Below are positions 40,250-51,790 of a stretch of DNA of 64,000 bases, piece after piece. How positions within the stretch are numbered: the first letter of the stretch is position 1; each line of letters starts with the position of its first letter. The position numbers and the translations under genes are program-made. The stretch comes from Octopus vulgaris (taxonomy: Eukaryota): positions 71,548,001 through 71,612,000 of the forward strand of contig OX597824.1 of NCBI GenBank assembly GCA_951406725.2. The letters are read 5' to 3'. The notes below the pieces were generated by a model. It was not told where the DNA came from and did no database searches. It saw only the letters and a list, made by a program, of their open reading frames with translations.

Positions 40250-40869
40250 CACCGCACAGACATACCTAATGAACAATCCCGGTAATTAATAGCAGAAATA
40301 TTTATCCGTCGAAAGCCGACAACAAAACAACTGAGTGTCACTCGAGAAGCGAGTGACTCGGCGGCGTTTCGTAGTTGGCTTGTCATAAACTGGTTCGCAG
40401 CGCAATACTTCTACACACCCTTTCACTCTGTCGCTCTCTCACTCATGTTTCTCTCACTTTGATTCTATGCTTGCTTTACTTTCGCTCCGCAGCGCAATAC
40501 TTCTACACACCCTTCCACTCTGTCGCTCTCACTTTGATTCTATGCTTGCTTTACTTTCGCTCAATTCGATGTAGTCGTGTATTTTATAATGACACTCTAA
40601 AAAAGCGTAAACATTTTTATTTTTAATTTTAAGGCAGTTAAGAACCGTTCTTAAAGTTTTAAACCTAAGCGTTAAAATCAGTTTATTTTTAAAGTTGTTC
40701 TTTTTGCTCTAAAAAAAAATCAATGTCAAAGAAGTTAAGAAACGTTCTTAATTCTTTAATCTTAACATTAAAAACTTGTGTTTATTTTAATGTCTTTTTT
40801 AATTGAATTGTCGTAAAATGAAAAACTTACGAACTCACTGTTGGTAAAACAGGTTGGTTCGACTTAGTA
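40250..40869. promoter_or_regulatory. Bidirectional promoter / 5' UTR region between ARL2 and the RPS6KC1-like gene
   Basis: Two ATGs face away from each other, 620 bp apart. CpG is retained here compared with the CpG-poor flanks. Confidence 0.75.
40396..40562. repeat. Tandem duplication (92 bp + 75 bp) in the bidirectional promoter
   Basis: cgcagcgcaatacttctacacaccct...ctttgattctatgcttgctttactttcgctc occurs at 40396-40487 and 40488-40562. Confidence 0.95.
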
Positions 40870-40974
40870 ATGGCGACAAAAAAGTCACTGAATGGGGAGA
40901 AGATTTGGCATTTTGATGTTACGAACCCCGTAAAGCATTCTAACGGATTTACCATTTACAAAGTATCGTGTAAG
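40870..40974 (+). CDS. RPS6KC1: First coding exon of a PX-domain protein of the RPS6KC1/SNX15 family
   Basis: MATKKSLNGEKIWHFDVTNPVKHSNGFTIYKVSCK then AAG|gttagt. Resembles the PX N-terminus of RPS6KC1/SNX15 (FYTVTEPQRHPRGYTVYKVTAR, from memory). No later exon recognised in the window. Confidence 0.72.
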
Positions 40975-41684
40975 GTTAGTATTTACTCGGGTTATTTTCA
41001 TTTTTTGCATTTATATACTATTTCATGCGTTTTTTTTTCTTCCTCTGCTACTATTATTAATATGTTCTTGGACACAGGTGCAAGACCAAGTTATATGAGG
41101 AAGTAATAATAGTCGAATGAATCAATAAAACAGTATATTACTGGTACTTATTTCGATATTCTTATATTTTGTTTTAGTGTCAGCCATCGCCTACAACTCA
41201 TCTTATCAATATATATATATTTATCCATATATATAATTATATATATGGTTATGTTCATTTTTTTTAACTATATTTTTACAGTAACACCTTTTTTATTATT
41301 GTCACTATTGCTGTTAATAATTACCAAGCCTATTTATTTTCTGTCACCTTAATTTAAGTCATGAATGAGAAGGGAACGCAAATAGATGTAGCAGCACACG
41401 CCAACAACAACAGAAATGCATTATTTATGTATTGTACGAATGACAATCCGAAACCTACTTGATTTTTAAAAACACAGCTTCAAGTGATTTTTTTTTTTCT
41501 TATATAAAACGAAGTCAGTTTTTTTTAAAGAAGTATATTTGTATTTTGTTTTTCGAATGACAAGGTGTGCGAATATGTGAGAGGTACAGAATTTTTTTTG
41601 TTTTAATGGAATATTTAACTATTCACAATTTTCCTGCGTCTGCTAAGGTTTGGGGTTAAAATACTTAGGGATTATTATGTATGC

Positions 41685-41720
<36 letters not shown>

Positions 41721-43258
41721 TAGACCTCTTGTGTCTCACAAAAAAAAAATACATTTAAAACAAAATAGGGGCGTACACATCTGGAGGAATGGCATAGTGG
41801 TCTGAGGGCCCATCGCAGAAAACCTGTCAAGCCTGCTACAGGCATATGTCTGCAATGAGAAAGTGATTCTTGTACTCGAAATCGAGTTGACGACCACTAT
41901 ATATATATATATATATATATACATACAGAGACAACCATACATACTCTCTCTTACTCTAGACCTTTTACTATTAACACTTATTAACAGCTGTGTTCGGTCC
42001 GTGGTGTGATGTGATGTGATGCGACATGATCTGCCAAGACAAGGGTGTTTGCTCTTTCTCAATGTCTTCATCTACCATCTTCCAAAGCTTACAGGTGGTG
42101 GCGTGACGTATTCAATGAAGGAAGATACGTGTTTCTCTAGGTTGTTCACCGAACTTCAAAATTGAAACTACAAACATTCGAAAAACTGATGCGTTGTTAT
42201 ATAGTTCTTTACGTCGGCCAAATCGTCGCGATTATCGCCATGGTGTGTAACACACACAGATGTATATGGTTTTAAAACTGCGAGGATTAAAAGCGACAAT
42301 ATTTAGTCGAATACAATACAGCCCTCATTTTTCATTTTTGTACTTAAAAAAAAAAATCTATATCTTATCCTTCTGTACACTCCAGTGTAATGCAGCCTAC
42401 CCTCCCAAATTTAAGCTCAATGTTTTGTATATTTCTCAAAAAATTATACAGAAGTAAATATATCATATCGCTGAACGAGTAAGTACAGTCAGAGGAACAT
42501 ATTGATAAATGATAAACAATTTCTCTACTGCTACTAATTATGATATTTAGAATACTATAGAATAGATGGTCTCCAATTCAAATGTGTGGATGCATACACA
42601 CATACATGTGTGTGTGTATGTATTATAAAGCATCGTTTACAATCCACTGTCAACTTTACACATACACATGTTAATGCTCATGTACATATATAGGTATTTC
42701 TGGTTGTACATAAATACCGAACTATATAATGTTTTGTCTCTTGATGAAATACAGTCTTCGCTATGGTGGATGGTACTTTTACTATTTTCTGGTTCCCTAT
42801 AAAGATATAAGCTGATTTTTTTCGACATGTCAAATGGTTCATTAGATAATTAAAATGAATGAAGGGATTTTGTTAATGTGTGTCAAGTGTAATCTGTCAA
42901 CTAATCTTTCTCTCTCTCTGTTTATATATATATATATTCAGATTACCTTCGTGTTATCTGTGTATGCTTATCTTTCTATTTTTGTATTTAAAAAAATATT
43001 CATTACTCGTGTGCATAGGGATAAGTCGTTCTCTGAGACAAAATCCAATGGCAAAAGGCCATGTTCACTTTCGAGTGGGCAGAACGTGTTACGAATGGAT
43101 ATACACATCTTCTTTTTTTTTTTTTTTTACTGCCATGCATACCCATAACATATTGGAAAGCCTTTACATGCTTTAGCTGTCTCCGTTTATCTCCAAAAAA
43201 GAAAAAAAAAAACTGGCGATGTTTATCACTAAGGAGGTGAATCGCATCAAAACACTAG

Positions 43259-43688
43259 TGTCTGTTAGTTCACTGATGTCTCTTGGAGCTAGTGTAGTGC
43301 TTAAACACATCTATAGAAAGTTGTAAATGAAACACAAAACGTTAAAAATGCATGCATTTAGTTGTATTTTATATACATATATATATACTGGTAAAAAAAC
43401 TGAAAGGTCAACTTGATTTCTTAACATAAATTTGACCTAATCTCACTATTGAGTCACCATATCATTAAATGTTCTGTTGTTATTCTTAAACTAGCTTTAA
43501 AATAATAACTTTTATTCACTGTATATTGATTCCAATCATGGGCACTTTGTTTAGATACAGGCATGACTGCGTGGTTAAGTAGTTCATTTCAGAACCATGT
43601 AGTTGGGTGTTAAGTTCCAATGTTGTTGGCTGATATTCTATACTATAACCTCAAATTGACCAATATCTTATGAGTGAGAGTGGTAAGC

Positions 43689-43739
<51 letters not shown>

Positions 43740-44004
43740 GGGATATTGTATCTTCACTTCAATTATTTAGACAGAATGGTATACATATAAGATTCCTGTA
43801 CCTTGTGATTAAGTTCCAATAGTATTTAAAATAGGTCATTCCAAGCATAGAGTTTGTAAACAGTGTTATTAAATCGAGGGGTTTTTTAATCTTATATGTT
43901 TACCATTCTGTCTAAATATATGGAACTGAAGATATATTGTCTGTTAGTTCACTGATGTCTCTTGGAGCTAGTGTAGTGCTTAAACACATCTATAGAAAGT
44001 TGTA
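43259..44004. repeat. Exact 67-bp direct repeat (43259-43325 and 43938-44004)
   Basis: tgtctgttagttcactgatgtctcttggagctagtgtagtgcttaaacacatctatagaaagttgta occurs twice. Confidence 0.95.
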
Positions 44005-44438
44005 TATCTCACGTCTATTTTCACTCCTCCACTTCACTCTCTATTTCATATCTTATCTAGAATAACTATTGCTTAACCATTTTCTCACACTGCCTCCGAT
44101 GAATGGATATATAAAATATCTTGGAAACAGCTGTGAAACCTATTTATAAATGATCTGAAATCTTTCACAGCCTTGGATTTTTATCTCATTGTTAATTTAT
44201 ATATCATCATCGTTTAATCTACTTTCCATGCTAGCATGGGTTGGACGATTTGACTGAGGACTGGCGAACCAGATGGCTGCACCACTCTCCAATCTTATCT
44301 AGCAGAGTTTCTACAGCTGGATGCCCTTCCTAATGCCAACCACTCTGAGAGTGTAGTGGGTGCTTTTATGTGCCACTGGCACGAGGGCCAGTCATATATA
44401 TATATATATATATATATATTTATTTATTTTATAGAAGG

Positions 44439-44489
44439 AGCTTCTACAGGACTAGAACTGTTTCATTCAAATGAAATCATCAGGAAGCT
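44439..44489 (-). ncRNA. Type I hammerhead ribozyme motif (left arm of palindrome)
   Basis: Mirror copy on the minus strand, with a 6-bp helix I AGCTTC/GAAGCT. Confidence 0.7.
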
Positions 44490-44516
44490 TGCTGTCAAAA
44501 TCTGATTTTGACAGCA

Positions 44517-44567
44517 ACCTTCCTGATGATTTCATTTGAATGAAACAGTTCTAGTCCTGTAGAAGCT
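44517..44567 (+). ncRNA. Type I hammerhead ribozyme motif (right arm of palindrome)
   Basis: CTTC-CTGATGA-tTTCatttGAAt-GAA-ACAG-ttctagtc-CTGT-A-GAAG. All core nucleotides present; GUA triplet at 44559-44561. Confidence 0.7.
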
Positions 44568-45127
44568 CCTTCTATAAAATAAATTAATTTTCTCTGCTAT
44601 GTATTGAGTACCTTATTTAATGTGGTTAACCCCGACTCAACCCGGGACCTACATACATATATATATGTTTATCTGCTTTCATTCATTTTGCATTTATTTT
44701 TCCATGTTGACATGAGTTGAATGAATACTTATTAAGGTATTTTATGGTTGGATACCCTTTCTTTCATCAACCCATACCAACTTTTCAAGAGAGGTGTTTG
44801 TGTGAGTGGATATTTTTTTTCATCTTCATGTGTGTTCACTAACTGCAAACAACAGCCTCACAATCACAAAAGTTGGTAGCTTTTGATTCAAGACAACTGC
44901 AAAAGTATGTTGATCTTCTGGACATTCTTTGGGTTGTTCATTGTTTGATGAACTAGGGGATTATTACACTGCATGGAAACAAGTGGGATATGGCAACAGG
45001 AAAGACATCTGGCTGCAGAAAAGTGTCTCAATGAATTCCATCTGACCCATGCAATCATGAAAAAGGAGATGTTAAAATGATGGTGTTTGTGTGTGTGTGT
45101 GTGTGTATATATATATACATATATATA

Positions 45128-45981
45128 CAGTGTGTGATGAATAAGCTATTGTCTAAATTACGCAAAAATGAAAATAACACTGATATCTCATTTTAACAGA
45201 TATATTTACCAAAAATATATAAAAATATCATAAAATACTAAAGAGTAAATTTATTCAATAAAATCACCATTGGCTTCAACCATGGCCTCCAGATGACTTC
45301 AGAATCTCTTGCAATTCTTCTGGACAGTCTCCTTGTTTAAGTTGGTGAATGCTGCCATAATCCTTGCCTTCAGTTCATCTTTGGTGTTACAAAGAGTTTT
45401 GTTGGTCTCTTGCTCAACTATGCTCCATGCATAATAATCAAGGGGGTTGCAGTCTGAGGAGTTAGATGGCCACATGTTAGAGGTGATGTGGTCACAGAAA
45501 TTGTCTGACAGTCATGACTGGGTTCTCCCGCTTGTGTGGCATGGTGCAGAGTCCTATTGTCAGACATAGGGTCTTCCAGCAGCTACCCTCTTCACCCAGG
45601 CACTTGATGTAGGCCTCCGTGTTGAGTCTGAGGCCATGTGGGAAGATGAATGGAGGCATAACGTCACCATCACTAGTGATCACTCCAGACACCATGATGT
45701 TGCCTGGATGTTTGATTTTTATCACTCTTGGTACATGTCCTCAGTTTGACATCCAAACACTCTGAAATGTTTGTATTGGAGCTTCTAGTGCAAATGTCAA
45801 GCAGTACAGCATGTTGTTTTCAATTTTCTGGCAGAGTGAATTGCATCATGGTGCTGTTTTTCTCAAAGACAGTGCCCAACTGACCCTACATTACTGTGTA
45901 GTCAACAAAATCAAAAACAAACAATGCGCATTTGCGAAATTAAAAATATAAAATGGCAACAAATTTACCCATCACACCCTG
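45128..45981 (-). mobile_element. Internally deleted Tc1/mariner-superfamily element (maT/DD37D-like)
   Basis: TIRs CAGTGTGTGATGAATAA and CAGGGTGTGATGGGTAA, both flanked by TA. Remnants IKHPGNIMV..VITSDG.VMPPFIF and WPSNSSDCNPLDY. Confidence 0.88.
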
Positions 45982-45989
45982 TATATATA

Positions 45990-46200
45990 TTGGGTCATCC
46001 CATAAATAATGCTGTGTTTTTATACTTTTTACTTGTCAAAATTAAGATAAACAAAGTTCTTTTTTAAGTTAAAATATACTCTCCTTCATTTTCTACAATA
46101 CTCTTCCATCTATCTGGTAGACTTGCAAGGACCCTCTTCCAAAATTCACTTGTCTGTGATGAAAGATACTCCTCCAGTACTGTTCTGATCTCATCTACAC
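45990..46200 (-). mobile_element. Mariner 3'-end fragment
   Basis: TA-TTGGGTCATCCCATAAATAATGC terminus. Minus strand encodes FWKRVLASLPDRWKSIVENEGEY, a mariner transposase C-terminus. Confidence 0.75.
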
Positions 46201-46554
46201 ATAAAAGCACCCACTACACTCTGGGAGTGGTTGGTGTTTGGAAGGGCATCCAGCTGTAGAAACTCTGCCAGATCAGAGAAACGTTAAATGATGATGATGA
46301 TATAGCACTTAAAAACCTGTCACCAGCATGAAACAAGTTGTCCATCTGTAATTTGCTAATTTAACTATAGCATTTTATGATTGTTGTGCCCTTTACCTGA
46401 AATTTCTGCACAGGTCAGAACTGCACTCTTATTCATGATTAGGAACATCTTTATAGCCAAAATATTGAAATACAAAGTAAAAGTGAAAACCTTTGTTTTT
46501 GTTTTGTTTTACCTCCTGTACCTTTAACTTTCTCTGTTGTGGCTTTCACAATCA

Positions 46555-46602
<48 letters not shown>

Positions 46603-49239
46603 GTTTGCTTTCAATGCTGGCATAGGTGAGATGGTTTGACAGGAGCTAGCCAGGTAGATACGCACACGTACATATATGTATCTTCTTCGTAATCATTATT
46701 GATGGTTGCTATTGGTTTTCAATGCTTGACCTGGGTTAGATGAATTGTCATAATCTGAGTCAGTACTCAGAATTACTGCACTTCTAGATGAGTCAGAGGA
46801 CTACATCTCATTCATTCAATTCAATGCTTGTAAGTTAGATGTTCTTCTCAACACCAGTCTTGGTACCAGCACTCCAGAGGTTGTCATATCCTCGACAGGA
46901 CTAAACTGTTCTATCACACTCACATCTTACTGTATTCGGGATGCATTTTATTGTGGCATTGGCATTAGAGATATTACCCTATCAACAACATGTTAAAGAA
47001 GCTTTTCTACCTGCCATCTTTATTCACTCACTGCCCACAGTCCTCTAGGTGTATTTATAGTGGTACAATCTCCAGGTTGCTTTGTATCCCATAAGATTCA
47101 ACAGTCCTCACCACTTTGTAATGTGCTCATACATTCAGGGCTACAAGAGTAAGGAGATGAGTAGAAAGAGAACAGTAATGATGGAAACTGAACGAGTGAA
47201 AGAGGAGAGCAAGAGTATAATAGTAAAAACAGTTGAGAAGAGGGAGTGGGAGAAGGAATAAGAGAGTGAGGGATAGTAATAAGTGGAATAAATATATACA
47301 TATATACATATGTATATAATTTATTACACATGTTGAAGCAAAACTCTTACAGGAATAAACTATTGATTAAATGTCTGAAATGAGTTATTGTTAATAAGAT
47401 TATAATTTTTCAGATTATTAATTTCATTTGACTTGGTATGAAAAAATACATAAGTCTGTGTGTGTATGTATGTATATATATATATATGTATATGTATATA
47501 TAGCTATGAATTTTTCAATTCTGAAAATGAAGTTAACAGTAAGATAAATTAAAATCCTATTAAAATATTGGTTTACCAACCAGAAGGTTACACATTCAGG
47601 TCTGCTGAAGGTGTTTCATTGCATTTCTAAAGAAGGTGTTTTATTCAATATTGCTTCAGTTTATTTAAGAATAGGGGTCAAATTTTCTTAGAAAAAAATA
47701 AAATGCTGATCACCTATTGATATTTATCTTTCATTCACTCAGCTAATACCAAGGAATCACAATGAAGCAGTAACCCTTAAAAGTCTCCTCTGTAAATCTT
47801 AAGCAACTTGTACTGTTTTATGTTATTTAAATATAGAATAAAATCAATGTGGATTTCAAGGAAACTGGTGATGGTCTATGTTAGCAATAATTAGAGAATA
47901 AGAAAGATCAATAAATTCTTTCTATGAGTCTATTTTAAGCCTTGCCCTTCATCTGTAAGTATATGTAAGAGAGAAAGTGTTGTTGCCCCTTGAGCTTTTC
48001 ACATGATGAGTAAGACCTAAAGCGTTAGTTTCTGTACTCCACACAGCAACTGAACTTATAGAAGTCTCATTTTTTTAATATGAGAAGGATTAGCCAATTA
48101 ACTGTGGCTTTGTTTGAATATCAGAAGGACCAGCTAATTAGTTGTTGCCTCAGTTATGTTAGAATTGTCTGTGATTGCAGAGTAGGTATGAAAAAGTTTT
48201 AGTGAAAATCTGGCTTACTGTCTTATCAGACCACGCAACTTACAATAAGTTTATGAATCTCATTTCTGTTTCTTCTTGGGAACATGCTGCATGAGGATCA
48301 GTAAGAATGAGTTAGACTTAGTGCAGTTAGTTTTATTGCTTAGCTCGAAGTTATTTCTGAACCTGCAGGCTTATGATCAAAGATGTTTTAATCATAATCA
48401 TGTGATCTTTTTTTTTTTTTACAGCAATAGTTTCTCTACAACTGTATTATTCCATGTGTCCAGTTCTTAAGATAGTAGGGTGTAAGTTGGAGATTAGTCC
48501 ACTATTTTCTTACATATTGAGAAAGTGCATAGAAATTGGCTCAACCTACTATAGTTTGAAATAAATAGTATGGTTCCATAGCCTTAGTCAGTTTCATTAG
48601 CAGAGTTCCTTTTGTTCCAAGAATTCAAGGTAAAGCCCAGGTTGCTTCCCTGAGCTGACATTAACCTGCAGATGTTTGGGCTGGCTCATGGTTACATCAA
48701 TCTCTCTGTGTAGAAGGGCTTGCATAAGTCTTAAGTTCAAATCCATGAGAAGCAGTTCATTGTGTTTTTGGTGCATAGATTGATCTCCAATAATATTGAA
48801 GTTACGAATACTCAGACTTTGTAAATATTGAATTTTATTTTTGCATAGTTCCTCTAAATCGGGGTTGGCAAAATTCTTATACTATTGACCCCTTTATGGA
48901 TTTGTTGATAACTTATTGATCTTCATCATGTAAATTTCTAAAAGAAAATTAAAATGTATGGTTAATAGAAAATTTTTTGTTTTAAAAACAAAGATTATGG
49001 AAATTGATAAATAATAAAAATTCAGACATATATTCATGTAGTCAAAATATTTAATGTTTATCAACCTCTTGGATAGCAACAGAGACTCTCCCCTCCCAGG
49101 CCAATATTGACCACTTTGTTCACCCAAGCTTTAATTGAAGGATCAGTTTGTTTTTAGAAAAGACCATCACCTAATTCTCTACTCTCCATTTGTTTAGCTG
49201 TTGGAAATACTTGCCAGATCTTTACCTGATTTACACAGT

Positions 49240-49240
<1 letters not shown>

Positions 49241-49313
<73 letters not shown>

Positions 49314-49314
49314 C
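49241..49314. repeat. (TA)n microsatellite, one of many (e.g. about 39013-39073, 43691-43736, 46561-46601, 55793-55843)
   Basis: Direct reading. Confidence 0.95.
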
Positions 49315-49967
49315 AGTTCCCACTCAACAGTGTGCCTACATGATTTGCATCCAGTGAACAAAATACTAGTTATCTAAAATAATAATGTAGTAATTATTAT
49401 ATATGTAGTCCAACATGTCATTTTTTTAGTGATTAGTGTTGGAGAAAGGGCACTGTTTGTGAACTTTCTTTAAAGGGCTTTTGTGATTAATAGAAGGAGT
49501 GAAGGTATTCTTAAACTGGAAATCTGGTCCAAATGCTTGCAATAGTGGACTCCAATAAAGGCACCGAAAGACCCAAAAATGGTGTTAGACTGGGTTGCAG
49601 ATTAAGTCAACTGCAAAAGTAGACCAAACTCAGATTGCCAACAACCGAAAAGAAAAAAAATACTGTATGGCATCCTGTCTGATACTCAAATGACTCCACC
49701 AGTCCACAATTTTGGACTGAGACTTGATTTATCAACTCCCTGGAGGAGGAAAGGCAAAGTTGAACTTAGTAGGACTTGAACTCAGAATGCAAGCAGAAAG
49801 AATAAATAAGGTACAACATTTTCTCCAATGGACTTGAAACAACAGAGAATGGAGAAGCATCAGCATAGGGCGGACCATCGAGGAGAGAAAGACTGATTGC
49901 AAAGATACAAGAAGGGAAGAAAAAAACTAAGAACCAAATGAAGGGAAGAAAGAGAAGGCAACACACT

Positions 49968-50825
49968 AGCACCCTATCGCTTTGCCAACATTCTAGACTA
50001 TGTAATGTGTAGAATGTTCAAGGGCACGGAGGAAGAACTGAGATTCAAACTGCATAGGCCAAGAAGTAAACGGCATCCGGCAGTAACAGTAAGTGACCTA
50101 GACTTTGTTGACGACCTGGTATTACTAACAGAGAGGACAGATCAGGCACAGGAGGTGCTGAGCAGATTAGAGCAGGAATCGGGGAAGGTAGGATTGTACT
50201 GTAATGCAAAGAAAACAGAGCTGCAAGTATTTAACCATGAAATGCCTGTGTCATTGAAAGTGAGAGACGGTAAGTTGCTCAAGGTAAAGTACTGAAAAAG
50301 ACATTGTGGCAAAGAAAGCTCTTGCCTGGAGCGCATGCCATAAATTGAGAAAGGTATGGAGTTGAAAGTTAGCAAGGAAATTGAAAGTGAGGTTGTTTCT
50401 GGCAACAGTAGAGTCTGTTCTTCTATACGGGGCTGAAACATGGATGCTCACTAAAGCATTGAAGAAGCAGTTGGATGGTTGTTATACGAGGATGCTTAGA
50501 ATGGTACTTAATGTCTCCTAGAAGAGTCATACAACAAATGCCAACTTATACCAGGAACTAACAAAAGTAACATTGGAGATACAGCATAGAAGGATGAAGC
50601 TAACTGGACACTGCATCAGACATACTGATGAAATTGTTGACAAGTTACTGGTCTAGCAACCAACAGAAGGAAGAAACAGGAGAGGAAGGAGGAAGACGAT
50701 CTATATTGATAACTTGCTGGAGGATACTGGTATGGAAGGGGTACAGGAGCTGAGGACCATTATAGGAGATCACGATGAGTGGGAAAAAGTGTGGAAACAG
50801 TCTTGAGATGTCCTGAAGGATGACT
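49968..50825 (+). mobile_element. Decayed RTE-type LINE 3' part
   Basis: SDLDFVDDLVLL, VGLYCNAKKTE, LFLATVESVLLYGAETW, LDGCYTRMLRMVLN. Confidence 0.88.
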
Positions 50826-50839
50826 AGATAGATAGATAG

Positions 50840-51790
50840 TACAAAGATTTATTAAATGATAAGAAGCAAGGCAAAGAAACAGACAAATTAATGGAACAGG
50901 AACTAAAGTCAAATAACAGGACATTATCAGGGAAATTCAAATGCTGGATACTGCAATTTGGACTGTACCCAAGAATAATGTGGTCATTGCAAATGTATGA
51001 AATAGCCTTGAGTAGAGTAGGAAGGATGGTACAAAGACGTGGTGTGTTTATCAGAAAATGGCTTGGTCTTCCAAAACCGCTGAATACAACTGCACTATAT
51101 GGAAAATCCATGCTGCAACTACCAATAACATCAATCTTTGAAAAGATACTGGGAGCTGGCCATGAATTTGGAAAGATTATTAATATGTCCACTCATAAAA
51201 ACAACAAAAAGACCGGACTTGATCCTATGGAATACAGACCAAAAAATTGGAATTTTGCTAGAGCTGCTAATGTGGAGCAACAGAAGGAGAGGAGGAATGA
51301 TAGGTGGACTGAGGAAATCATCTCTTTCATTGCGCACCCTCCTCCATTATAATTCGGAGGCTTGTATACCAGACAGCTTGTCAGCTGTGGCTGCTGGAGT
51401 TGAAACTCACATGACTCTGTTGGAAGGTAGGTCTAAAGAGGGCGCGGGCTAAAACTATGCACCTTTACACGGGCTGTTGAAGCTTAGACTGTGTCACATG
51501 ACAGCTTGCACTGGCTGCTGGAGCCTACCTGCAAGTATTTAAGAGGAAATTTGGCAGGGTGGTTATTTGCCCTCTGACATTTGTTGACGCTGCATGGAAG
51601 ATGATGCAACCAAATACAGAAAAAAAAACAAAAAAACGCACTCAACACCAGAGCTGAAGACACCTCTGAAAGGGGTGCCCCGCCACATCAGAAAAGGGTG
51701 GAGGAGTAGGGGCTGAAACCGGACGTGGTTCCTCCAGATGATGTCCTTAGCCATTGGATCCTATGAAGGAGTTGTTGAGTTTGTGAACCA
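50840..51790 (+). mobile_element. Fragmented RLE-type non-LTR retrotransposon (Hero-like)
   Basis: GKFKCWILQFGLYPRIMWSL...IRKWLGLP...TALYG...LQLPITSI and TTKRPDLILW...ILLEL (restriction-like endonuclease PD motif). Confidence 0.7.

Larger units (their letters stand above)
44422..44584. repeat. 163-bp near-perfect palindrome
   Basis: 81-bp arms around centre base 44503, with one mismatch. Confidence 0.97.

Noticed and set aside
47743-47769. Candidate micro-exon 2 of the RPS6KC1-like gene (ag|LIPRNHNEA|gt)
   Set aside because: Phase fits, but the donor is weak, similarity to the PX continuation is unconvincing and no WKRY exon follows in the window.
51700-51750. GAAAC...GTT...CAGATGA at the Hero-like 3' end as a permuted hammerhead
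   Set aside because: Core is CAGATGA and no helix I hairpin can form.
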